The position numbers were made by a program, and so were the translations under genes. Below are positions 47,664 through 56,494 of a DNA stretch of 64,000 nt, piece after piece; position 1 is the stretch's first letter; each line of letters starts with the position of its first letter. This stretch comes from Thermoanaerobaculia bacterium (lineage in GTDB: Bacteria > Acidobacteriota > Thermoanaerobaculia > Multivoradales > JAHZIX01), in the NCBI GenBank assembly GCA_027069135.1, contig JALXFE010000492.1, positions 1,542 through 65,541 on the forward strand. Reading direction: 5' to 3'. Below the pieces are notes generated by a model. That model was not told the origin of the DNA. It saw only the letters and a list, made by a program, of their open reading frames with translations, and ran no database searches.

Positions 47664-48508
47664 GGGACCTCCGGTGCGGGTCCTCCCATCGAGACCAGGT
47701 CAATGACAAGGTTGTTGACCACCTTACCCTCCCGGCCGTCTACGGGAAAAGGCTGGCCGTTGACCTCGATGGAAACTGCGCCGGCATTGCCCAACTTGCG
47801 GAATATGACGCGCTCCTGGGCGGCAATCTCCAGGGGCTCACCGGGCAGGAACGTCTGGGTGATTCTCTGCTTTCCGCCATCGACAACGGCATCCACCCAG
47901 CAGTCGCGGGTGAATTCGACGGAGACCACCAGAGGGGCCTGGGGCTCCCGGACCTCCGGGATCGGCGGCTCTTCGGGAGGTTCTGTCGTGGACGGTCGGG
48001 AGGGAGGCGGGATAAAGGCCACCGGGGGAGAAGGCTCCTGTGGTTCCTGCCGACCCGACGAATACCAGAAAGCTCCGGCGGTGATCAGAGCCAGCAAGAG
48101 GCCACCTCCAACCCAAGGCCAAAGACTTCGTCTACCTCGCTCGAATCGCGAGCTCCTCCTCGACCTCTTAAGGCGAACGTTCTGCTCGTACTCTCCGTCC
48201 TCTTCCGGCTCGAGAGCTTGCCGGGCCCAAAGGTAGTGATTGATGACTTCATCGGGATCGAGACCGACATAGGCCGAGTATTGGCGCAGAAAGCCTTTGG
48301 CGAAAACGGTGGCTGGCAGGAGGTCGAATTGATCCTGTTCGAAGGCCTGGAGATATCTCAGGCTAATTTTGCTGCTCTCGGCAACCTCGCGAAGCCCGAT
48401 CTGGCGGACTTCCCTCTGCTGCCGCAGCCAGGTACCGAAGGACAGGCCTTCGGAGTCGGGACCTTCCCAGGGCGGCTGCCGATTTTTATTCCGCGGTAAG
48501 CTGGTCAT
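47660..48508 (-). CDS. rodZ: RodZ-like cytoskeleton protein (HTH_25 + TM + DUF4115-like C-domain)
   Basis: N-terminal XRE-like HTH FGTWLRQQREVRQIGLREVAESSKISLRYLQAFEQDQFDLLP. TM WPWVGGGLLLALITAGAFWY. C-terminal beta-domain VVSVEFTRDCWVDAVVDG ... VSIEVNGQPF. Confidence 0.75.
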   Translation of the reverse strand: MTSLPRNKNRQPPWEGPDSEGLSFGTWLRQQREVRQIGLREVAESSKISLRYLQAFEQDQFDLLPATVFAKGFLRQYSAYVGLDPDEVINHYLWARQALEPEEDGEYEQNVRLKRSRRSSRFERGRRSLWPWVGGGLLLALITAGAFWYSSGRQEPQEPSPPVAFIPPPSRPSTTEPPEEPPIPEVREPQAPLVVSVEFTRDCWVDAVVDGGKQRITQTFLPGEPLEIAAQERVIFRKLGNAGAVSIEVNGQPFPVDGREGKVVNNLVIDLVSMGGPAPEVP

Positions 48509-48606
48509 GAGTCTCGGTGGGTTCGGCTTAGAAAAAAGTTTCTCGCGCTACTACCCAGTGCTGAGATTGTACTGCAGAAAAAGATCTTCCGGCGAGACGC
48601 AAGCCC

Positions 48607-49344
48607 TCATCTGCGATCGGCGGTGCCGTCTCCCATCATTCTTCGCGCTTTCTGACGCACCGCCGGAGAGAGCCGTGGATCCCGAGCCACCGCTTGGCGA
48701 TCGGCTTTTTTCAATCCTACGAGCAATCGGGTCGCCACGGCGGGAGGGGTCCGAGGATTCCGCACGAGAGCCTGACGGATGGCGTAGAGCACACCCCATC
48801 GTGGGTTTTCTGCGACCAGGCGCAAGATCCCCGGTGCCGCCTTGTCGGAGCTTACCAGGGGCAAGAGGAGACCTTGGGTCATCCGAGGATTCTCCAGAAA
48901 GGCCGAGATCACCTGGGCCTGGGGATCGAAACGGAGGTGTATCAGGACCCCGTGGCTCGCACGGCGAGCGATGCTACGCTTCTCACCCACCGCCAAGCCC
49001 GGCAGGCGGTTGACCAATTGGCGATCCGCCGCCCGTCGAACCACCGGGGATACCTGGAGGCTCAAGCCGGTTTCCATGAGATCCCGCCAAAAAAGCGTGG
49101 AGAGAAACTTCATCGCATGGACCTGGGCGATCTGCGGATGGCGAGCCAGGTCCCGCCGCACCTCATAGACCGTCAACAGGCGACGGTTGCCCATCAACGT
49201 GTTGAGAACCTCACGATGGACGTGGGGATTGCGAAGGATCTGACGCAGGCACACAAGATCCAGCACCGGTAAGTTCTCCTGCACCAAGGCGGCCAATTCC
49301 TCGGCTCCGGCCTGTGCCAGTCGACTCGAAAGCTCTTCGGATTC
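48607..49344 (-). CDS. Hypothetical alpha-helical repeat protein ('NPR' HEAT-like repeats), paralog A
   Basis: ILRNPHVHREVL, LENPRMTQGLL, VAENPRWGVLYAI, LVRNPRTPPAVA repeat units. Start inferred at MESEELSS. Confidence 0.4.
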   Translation of the reverse strand, partial: ESEELSSRLAQAGAEELAALVQENLPVLDLVCLRQILRNPHVHREVLNTLMGNRRLLTVYEVRRDLARHPQIAQVHAMKFLSTLFWRDLMETGLSLQVSPVVRRAADRQLVNRLPGLAVGEKRSIARRASHGVLIHLRFDPQAQVISAFLENPRMTQGLLLPLVSSDKAAPGILRLVAENPRWGVLYAIRQALVRNPRTPPAVATRLLVGLKKADRQAVARDPRLSPAVRQKARRMMGDGTADRR

Positions 49345-49415
49345 CATCTTCTGACTCCATAACTCAAGCTCAACCCTGCCCACGGGCTCCAAAGTCTGGT
49401 ATGTTCGCAAGCTCT

Positions 49416-51503
49416 ATGGCGATATCCAGAATGATACAGGCAGCCCTCTCCAAGGGCGATTACGACGTCATCGAAGACGAATGGCTGAGTAAGAGCTCGG
49501 AGAACCCCGAAGACCTCGACTACTTTGTTGGCGTAGCCCGAGCCCTCACCGGCCAGGACCAGGCTGATAGAGCTCGGTTCCTCCTCGAAGTCTTGGACGA
49601 ACAGCTCAAAGAAAAGGAATTGTGGGCTACCCGCCTCAAGTTTCTCCAGCGGGCGGGTCAGATCCAATTCAACCCGGAAAGCTTGCACAAAGCCATCCTT
49701 TCGACCCTTAACGCTCTTCATGGCGAGCATTCCCGCTACCAGATGCTGTCGGAGAAGGTCGGACTCCACCGCACGCCGGTCCAGGTCTCCAAGATCTGGG
49801 AGAAGGTGGACCGCCTGAGGAACCTCATGGGTTTCGACGTCGGAACCGTCGTCCTCATGACCGGCAAGGGAGCTGGCCGCATTCAGGACATCAATCTCGC
49901 CCTCGACAGCTTCAAGATCGACTTCGAGAAGCACAAAGGCTTGATGGTGGGATTTCGAGCCGCAGCCAAAATGCTCATGCCGCTCGAGGAAGATCACGCC
50001 CTCTATCGCAAGCTCTCGGAGCCGGACGTCCTGCGCCAAATCGCCGTGGAAAAGCCCTCCGAGATGCTCCGCCTGGTTCTCGAGAGCTACGACGGTCCCC
50101 GCACCGGAGGCGAGATCCGAGCCGATCTCAGCGGCATCGTCCCCGACAAAAAATGGGCAAGCTGGTGGGCAGCGGCCCGTAAACACCCGCAGGTGCTGAG
50201 CTCCAGCAAGGGGCGTCAATCCTACGAATGGGCCGCCTCCACCGACGACGCATCGGAGGTCATCTGGCGACAATTCGAAAAGGCCGGAGACGCCGAAAAG
50301 CTGGACCACTTTCGCAAATCAGCCCAACGGGACGCAAACCTCCGGGATCGGATGGCGGCTCGTCTGAAGAGGGTGGGTCAGGGATCGGCCCAGAGTGCAC
50401 CGAGCTTGGCCCTCCAGGTCTGGTACACCCTGGAAAAGGCTGGGGTGACGCTCGAAGACGCTCCCTGGAGCCCGGAGACTCTCCTCGCCGAAAGCCGGGA
50501 GCCGGCGAAGCTCCTCGCAGAAGTTTCTGACCGCCTCATGCGGGAGAGGGCCTACCATGAGATCCGGAAAGTCCGGGAAGACTGGCAGGCACATTACCTG
50601 CGGCTTCTCGACCAGGAGCCGGACCCTCGGGGCCTTGATGTCCTCGCCTCGGCTCTCCGGGAAGCTGCACCCCAAGACTTTGATCGAGCCCTCGAGCAGG
50701 TACTGAGCCAACCTCGCCGCCGACCGGCGACCTTCGTTTGGCTCTCGGAGCGGGCATCGGATGACGAAGAGCTTCGCTCGAAGACGCCCTTGCGCTTTCT
50801 CAAGCAGCTCTTGAGCAGCCTTCAAGACGGTCTGTTCGCCCCCTATCGAGCCAGCCGGCTGGTCCCTCTCTTTGAGTCCGGAAGCACGGTTCCGAAGCTC
50901 CTCAACCACTTGACCGAGGATCATGCGGAGGCGGCCCTCCTAGCCATCGAACGGGCAGCGGCTTTGGAGCGCTACCAGCGGGACGCCCTCAGCACGGCGC
51001 TACAATTACGCTTCCCGGAGGTCGGCAAGAATGAGGAGACCTTGATCCTCTACGCCACCCAACCGTCCATCGACGCCAAGAAAGAAGAGTTCAACCACCT
51101 AAAGTCCGTTGAGATTCCGAACAACCGCAAGGCGATCCAGGAAGCCCGAGAGATGGGGGACCTGCGGGAGAACTTCGAGTACAAAGCCGCGCGCCAACGC
51201 CACGAGTACTTAAACGCCCGCATCGCAGCCCTGAATCAGGAGCTTTCCCGCGCTCAACCCATCGATTTCGAGAGTATCGATTGCTCCGAGGCTCGGGTCG
51301 GCACCTGCCTGCAGCTGTGTTCTGCCACCGGAGAAACTCGAACCCTGACCATTCTCGGTCCCTGGGAGAGCAAGCCGGAAGACGACATCGTCTCTTACGA
51401 ATCGGAACTCGCCAAAGGGATCCTGGGGAAAACCGCGGGGGACACCGTGGAGATGTCCGGTACTTCCTTCAAGATATCCAGCATCGCCTCCGCCGATTCC
51501 TGA
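49416..51503 (+). CDS. Large cytoplasmic protein with C-terminal GreA/GreB-like (FKBP-fold) domain
   Basis: Last ~150 aa (RKAIQEAREMGDLRENFEYKAARQRHEYLNARIAALNQELSRAQPIDF ... VGTCLQL ... GETRTLTILGPWES ... ISYESELAKGILGKTAGDTVEM) match the GreA coiled-coil tip plus C-terminal domain. The ~550-aa N-terminal region is uncharacterised. Start uncertain (49401/49416/49431). Confidence 0.55.
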   Translation: MAISRMIQAALSKGDYDVIEDEWLSKSSENPEDLDYFVGVARALTGQDQADRARFLLEVLDEQLKEKELWATRLKFLQRAGQIQFNPESLHKAILSTLNALHGEHSRYQMLSEKVGLHRTPVQVSKIWEKVDRLRNLMGFDVGTVVLMTGKGAGRIQDINLALDSFKIDFEKHKGLMVGFRAAAKMLMPLEEDHALYRKLSEPDVLRQIAVEKPSEMLRLVLESYDGPRTGGEIRADLSGIVPDKKWASWWAAARKHPQVLSSSKGRQSYEWAASTDDASEVIWRQFEKAGDAEKLDHFRKSAQRDANLRDRMAARLKRVGQGSAQSAPSLALQVWYTLEKAGVTLEDAPWSPETLLAESREPAKLLAEVSDRLMRERAYHEIRKVREDWQAHYLRLLDQEPDPRGLDVLASALREAAPQDFDRALEQVLSQPRRRPATFVWLSERASDDEELRSKTPLRFLKQLLSSLQDGLFAPYRASRLVPLFESGSTVPKLLNHLTEDHAEAALLAIERAAALERYQRDALSTALQLRFPEVGKNEETLILYATQPSIDAKKEEFNHLKSVEIPNNRKAIQEAREMGDLRENFEYKAARQRHEYLNARIAALNQELSRAQPIDFESIDCSEARVGTCLQLCSATGETRTLTILGPWESKPEDDIVSYESELAKGILGKTAGDTVEMSGTSFKISSIASADS

Positions 51504-51507
51504 TCCA

Positions 51508-52152
51508 TCAAGGCGCCGCCTCGGAGGGAAGGATCCGCAGAATCTCGTCCAGATGCTCGAGTTCGACCGCAAATCCGGCGTCGAGTAGATAGACCAGGTC
51601 CGGAGACTCCTGTAGCACCTCGAGGGCTCGAGGGTCCGTCGAGGGGATCTTGGTCACCGGCGCTCCTTTGGGCAGCCCTTCTTCTCTCAGGAGACCTCCT
51701 TCCTGGAGAAAGCTCCTACCGCCGATCTGCTCGAGAGCCTCCTGCGAGACGGGAGGAGGGTACGGGCGAAGGACGGGGATTCGGAGCCGCTCCTGAAGGT
51801 CGAGAGAGCCGGCAAAGAGATAGAGGATCGCAGCAAAGGCGAACACCAGAGCGAAGGTAGAAATGACGCTCGGCTGCAAGGAAACTCTTCCGAGCCGTGA
51901 TTCGACACGATCCAGGAGATTCTGGGGCCTCGTTTGAAGGGCGATACGCCGGTGCAGATGGCTCCCCAGGACCGAGGGTGGCGTTAAGCGTTTGAGACGT
52001 CTGAGATCTCCCACCAGGCGCTGCATTCCATCGAGGCGATCCCGGCACTCGTCGCAGTCCTCCAGATGATCCTCGACCAGCCGAAGCCGTACCGGCTCCA
52101 ACTCTTGATCGACATAGGCGGAGAGGTCCTCCGCGGTAGCGTGGCGGCTCAT
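51508..52152 (-). CDS. Anti-sigma factor (zf-HC2, single TM)
   Basis: HLEDCDECRDRLD zinc-finger motif. TM VISTFALVFAFAAILYLFAG. ATGA overlap with the upstream sigma gene. Confidence 0.7.
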   Translation of the reverse strand: MSRHATAEDLSAYVDQELEPVRLRLVEDHLEDCDECRDRLDGMQRLVGDLRRLKRLTPPSVLGSHLHRRIALQTRPQNLLDRVESRLGRVSLQPSVISTFALVFAFAAILYLFAGSLDLQERLRIPVLRPYPPPVSQEALEQIGGRSFLQEGGLLREEGLPKGAPVTKIPSTDPRALEVLQESPDLVYLLDAGFAVELEHLDEILRILPSEAAP

Positions 52153-52745
52153 GGTAGGCCTTCCTGCGGCATGGTATCTAGGAGCACTCTCAATTTTCCT
52201 CGCGCTCGTGCGATGCGGGAGCGAACCGTACCGATTCGAACCCCCAAGACCTCCGCGATCTCCTCGTAGGTGAGCCCTTCGAGATCGCACAGCACGACCA
52301 CTTCTCGAAACGGCAGGGGTAGCTTGGCCAGAGCTCGATGTAGAATCTGGTCTCGCTCCCCAGCCATCGCCCGCGCCTCCGGATCCCGCCGCCGATCCAC
52401 CAATTGGAGGCCCTCGGTCGGATCCCCTTCAGCAACGGGGACGAAAAACCACCGGCGCCGGGCAAGTCGACTGCGGCAGTGATTCAACCCCACCCGGTAG
52501 AGCCAGGTCTTGAGGCTCGAGCGGCCCCGAAACCGCTCCAGATGGCGAAAGGCCCGAAAAAAGACCTCCTGGGCCAAATCTGAAGCCTGATCTTCGTCTC
52601 CGCTCAGCCGATAGGCGAGGTTGTAAATCATCTCCGCATGCCGTTGGTAGATCTCGTCGAAGGCCTCGGCATCTCCGTATCGATGTCGCTGGACGAGGTC
52701 ACGGTCGGATTCAGGAATCGCCTCGCTGCTGATCGTCGCCTCCAT
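52149..52745 (-). CDS. ECF RNA polymerase sigma factor
   Basis: Region 2 (DLAQEVFFRAFRHLERF). Region 4 (LTYEEIAEVLGVRIGTVRSRIARARGKLR). Start inferred at MEATISS. Confidence 0.8.
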   Translation of the reverse strand: MEATISSEAIPESDRDLVQRHRYGDAEAFDEIYQRHAEMIYNLAYRLSGDEDQASDLAQEVFFRAFRHLERFRGRSSLKTWLYRVGLNHCRSRLARRRWFFVPVAEGDPTEGLQLVDRRRDPEARAMAGERDQILHRALAKLPLPFREVVVLCDLEGLTYEEIAEVLGVRIGTVRSRIARARGKLRVLLDTMPQEGLP

Positions 52746-52856
52746 CTGGCCTCTCTCTAGGGGGAGCGAAAAGGTCGGGATCTCCCCTCCCATACTCTAT
52801 TAAGACTCCCGCGGGGCACAATTAGTTCCCACCAAGAGAGAATCAGCGAGAGAGAA

Positions 52857-54704
52857 TCAGCGAGCTCTTCGCGCCACTTTGACCGAGCCCTTGGAGCTGC
52901 CGGAACCGTAATAGCCACGAATTCCGTCGGCGACCGCCAAGGCCGTTTTCTGGCGAAACTCCCGGCTCGCCAACAATTTTCGATCCCGATCGTTGGAGAG
53001 ATTGCAGACCTCCAAGAGCAAGGATGCGGGGACCGCGTTGTAGCGCAGCACCGCCGGTACCCAGGGCCGCCGCCCGCGATAGATTTTCTGTCGGACCGGC
53101 TGGTCCGGATGCACTCCGAGGCCGCGATCCCGAAAATTGGCGATGATCTGATCCGCAAGCTGCCGAGACAAACCCTCGCTCTGGACCCGGTGCTTGAAGC
53201 TGTAGCTCACCCGAGGTTTTTCCCGTACTTCCCGTCGGGAGGCGTAGACGACGCCGGATTTCTCGTAACTCCCCTTGCGCAGCTGGGCGTCTGGGATGTA
53301 GGCCATCGCTCCCCGAAGGGACGGGTGGAGGGAGTCCGCATGGATGGAGATGAAGATCACCTTCTCCGGATCCCGGCTCTTCTTCTGAGCCTGTCGAAAG
53401 AGGCTGTTGGCCAGGTACCACCGCAGGTTGATTCCGACGCGGCGGTCTTCCATCAAGGAGTAGGTGGGATGGGTCAGTACCCGATGACCGCGGGAATAAG
53501 GCAAAATATCGCGGTCCGGAATCTGGAACGCACCACCATCTCGGGTCGTCGTGAAAACCTCGGCGGCCGTGTTCTGCTCCAGATAGGTCTTGAGACGCAC
53601 CACGATGTCGTAGACGTAGGTGCTTTCCCACACGCCGAGCTTCGAAGCCCCAGGATCCCGGCCACCGTGGCCGGCGTCCAGAATGACCGTAATACCGGCG
53701 AGATCGAGGGATCGGACCGGGTTGCTGAACTGCTCGCTCGCCCGGACACTCGCCTCGAACTCCACCCGCCGGGGATGCCCCGGGGGAAGAAACTCCGGCT
53801 GGAGAACGTCGAAGGGGATCTTGACCGGGAACCCAATGGGCATATCCGTGACGTCGGCGACCCCGTTGCGTTCGGCGATCTCAGCCGCCAGGGCATTGAC
53901 GTCCGTCGCGTAGATTCGACCGGTGTAGCGCACGACGACGCTCGAGTACAGAGCCTCCCCAGGCTTGAGCCGATAGATGGCAAAATCACCTCGGGAATCC
54001 TTGCCGTAGCTCAAACGCCGCGCCAGAGAATGTCCCCGGTCTGCCGTGCCGGGACCTCCGGTGGCCCGAACCGTCACCGTTCGGGCATCGAATTCCCTCC
54101 GAAAAACCGGCCGCAAGAGAGCCGCAGGAATCAAGAGATCCTGGCCCGGATAGACCGTATTGTCCGGTAGGCCGTTCGAGGAGCGCAGCTCCCGGTAGAG
54201 CTCACCTCGTCCGGTAAACCGCGCCGCGATACGCCAAAGGGTCTCATCCGGAAGGTCTTCGTGAACCGTCACCCGATGCCGCCACCCGGCCGAGTCCACG
54301 CGATCCTCGGGAAAGAGACCCTGGAAGACCTGCCGCCGCTTCTCCTGGGTCAGCAGCTCCAGGGGAATCCGGTACCACTTGCCGGCCAGCAGACGGCGAG
54401 CCTGTCCGTTTGCCGCTCGCACCTCCCCCGCTACGGCTTCGGAGCCGCAGAGCCTGCGAGTGAAGGCCAACAAACCTTCACTGCGTAGAGGCCGGGCCTC
54501 GAGAAACAGATCGTTGGCAGCGGTCAGCACTGCCACGAGGGCACCGTCCCCGGAGGTGCCCGCAAGAGGCACCCGCAGATCTTCTACCAGCTCCGGAGTG
54601 GCGGCCGTCGGCAGGAGGCAGACAAGAAAAACCCACCCCAGGAACAGACGGTGGCCCCCTAGCGAAAGGGCAATTCTTTTGGTTTTATCGACAGTTATGG
54701 CCAT
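52857..54704 (-). CDS. N-acetylmuramoyl-L-alanine amidase (Amidase_3) with ~270-aa N-terminal extension
   Basis: ILDAGHGGRDPGA ... KVIFISIHADSL Amidase_3 signature in the C-half. Signal/TM at the N-terminus. 615 aa. Confidence 0.75.
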   Translation of the reverse strand: MAITVDKTKRIALSLGGHRLFLGWVFLVCLLPTAATPELVEDLRVPLAGTSGDGALVAVLTAANDLFLEARPLRSEGLLAFTRRLCGSEAVAGEVRAANGQARRLLAGKWYRIPLELLTQEKRRQVFQGLFPEDRVDSAGWRHRVTVHEDLPDETLWRIAARFTGRGELYRELRSSNGLPDNTVYPGQDLLIPAALLRPVFRREFDARTVTVRATGGPGTADRGHSLARRLSYGKDSRGDFAIYRLKPGEALYSSVVVRYTGRIYATDVNALAAEIAERNGVADVTDMPIGFPVKIPFDVLQPEFLPPGHPRRVEFEASVRASEQFSNPVRSLDLAGITVILDAGHGGRDPGASKLGVWESTYVYDIVVRLKTYLEQNTAAEVFTTTRDGGAFQIPDRDILPYSRGHRVLTHPTYSLMEDRRVGINLRWYLANSLFRQAQKKSRDPEKVIFISIHADSLHPSLRGAMAYIPDAQLRKGSYEKSGVVYASRREVREKPRVSYSFKHRVQSEGLSRQLADQIIANFRDRGLGVHPDQPVRQKIYRGRRPWVPAVLRYNAVPASLLLEVCNLSNDRDRKLLASREFRQKTALAVADGIRGYYGSGSSKGSVKVARRAR

Positions 54705-54839
54705 GATCCTAAAGCAGAATCTTAGCCCCTTCCCTCCCCTAGGGGCAAGAAGGACCTTCGGAGACCCACAACGGGCAACCCTCCCACGGGATGAATTCCG
54801 TGGGACGGGCGCTGGGCGCAGGAGGGAAGACTTGAGGGG

Positions 54840-56378
54840 TTAGCGGAAGATTCCGGACCGCTTTCCGGTCCCGGACTCCGGCTCTGAGGTGAGGCGTTGA
54901 TTGAGAACACGGATGCGTTCCATGAGTTTCTCCATCTTGTCCTTGGATTCCTGCCGTAACCGGCTGTAATCCTGGCGCATCTTCTCCCCTTCCTCCGAGA
55001 GCTGCTTGACCTGCTTCTGAAGGGTCTCGATGGTCCGGCTCCGTTCGGTGGCTCGCTCGGTGAGGCCACCGATCTCTTCGTCCTTTTGCTCCAGACGAAT
55101 CTTGATCTTTTCCTCTTGTTCTTCGTAGAGCTTACGGAACTCCTGCAACTCGACAATCTGGGAAAAATCAGACGTTGCCATGTCGCCTCCCTCCTCCTCG
55201 ATCTTGGGGAACATCTTGCGTAGCTTGAGCGACAAATCTTCCGGATCCGGAGACTGCCGCATGGCCTCTTCGTAATTGATCGTACGATGACACAGAAGAG
55301 CCAACAAGGATTGATTCAAAGTCTGCATACGGTAGTAGCCCACCGACGACTCGATCTGCTCATGGATACTTCCTGTCTCCCCTTTTTCCAGCAAAGCAGA
55401 GATCTTGGGAGAGGCTTTGAGAATCTCGAGAGCTGCGACCCGCCCGTCACCGCTCGAGCGCTCGACGAGCTTCATGGAGACGACCCCCTTGAGAACCTGG
55501 CCGAGCTGAGCGCGAACCTGGCCCTGCTGATCCGGAGGAAAGGAATCCAGGATGCGGTCAAGGGTCTGCGCAGCACTATTGGTGTGGAGGGTCGAGAACA
55601 CCAGATGCCCGGTCTCCGCCGCCGTGATCACGGTCCCGATGGTGTCCCGGTCCCGCATCTCCCCCACCATGATGACGTCCGGATCCTGCCGCAAGGAGTT
55701 GCGCAGGGCCTCCTGGAAGCTGTAGGTATCCGTACCGAGCTCTCGCTGGGAGACTGTCGCCTGGCTATCCGTGAAGAGAAACTCCACCGGGTCTTCGATG
55801 GTGATGACATGGACCGGCCGGGTCCTGGAAATATGCTTGATGAGCGCTGCCAGCGTCGTCGACTTGCCACTCCCGGTGGGGCCCGTGACCAGGACCAAGC
55901 CCATGGGGATTTCGCAGAAATCGAGCAGACTCTCCGGCAACTCCAACTCTTCGACGGTTTGAATCTCGTAGGGAATCCGTCGAAACGTCGCCGCCAGGGT
56001 GCCCCGCTGTAGATAGATATTGCCGCGGAATCTCGCCAAGCCGGAGACACCGTAGCCCAGATCCACCGAGAGACGCTCATCCAGCCGAGTTTTCTGTCTC
56101 GGGGTGAGGATCGCCAGGAGCATCGCCTTGATATTCTCCGGGTTCAAGGGCTCTACATCGATGGGAATCAGCCTGCCGTTGATTCTCAGCAGCGGTGGCC
56201 GTGTCGGCTTCAGGTGGAGATCCGAAGCCCCCTTCTTCGTCATGAACCTGAGGAGGGAATCGAGATCCATCTCTGTGATTGTTTTCGCCAAATTCATCTC
56301 TCGAGAAAACGCCCGGGACGCTGCTGGGGCACCTCCGTCACCGGGCTGTTTGCGATCGCGCTGATTAGGATACTCCAT
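54840..56378 (-). CDS. PilT-family type IV pilus retraction ATPase with ~130-aa C-terminal coiled-coil extension
   Basis: Walker A LVLVTGPTGSGKSTTLAALI. Asp box ITIEDPVEF. His box VFSTLHTNSAAQT. C-terminal heptad-rich tail (EEQEEKIKIRLEQKDEEIGGLTERATERSRTIETLQKQVKQLSEEGEKMRQDYSRLRQESKDKMEKLMERIRVLNQRL). Confidence 0.8.
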   Translation of the reverse strand: MEYPNQRDRKQPGDGGAPAASRAFSREMNLAKTITEMDLDSLLRFMTKKGASDLHLKPTRPPLLRINGRLIPIDVEPLNPENIKAMLLAILTPRQKTRLDERLSVDLGYGVSGLARFRGNIYLQRGTLAATFRRIPYEIQTVEELELPESLLDFCEIPMGLVLVTGPTGSGKSTTLAALIKHISRTRPVHVITIEDPVEFLFTDSQATVSQRELGTDTYSFQEALRNSLRQDPDVIMVGEMRDRDTIGTVITAAETGHLVFSTLHTNSAAQTLDRILDSFPPDQQGQVRAQLGQVLKGVVSMKLVERSSGDGRVAALEILKASPKISALLEKGETGSIHEQIESSVGYYRMQTLNQSLLALLCHRTINYEEAMRQSPDPEDLSLKLRKMFPKIEEEGGDMATSDFSQIVELQEFRKLYEEQEEKIKIRLEQKDEEIGGLTERATERSRTIETLQKQVKQLSEEGEKMRQDYSRLRQESKDKMEKLMERIRVLNQRLTSEPESGTGKRSGIFR

Positions 56379-56494
56379 CCAGCGGCGGAATGAAGAAGAA
56401 TCGGGCTAAATCAGTCACCGGGCATGGCGAAAGGCTGCTGGCGGGATCGAGCCCTTGGCCCCCGGCTCCGGGGATGGATGCCGCCCCAGGACGA

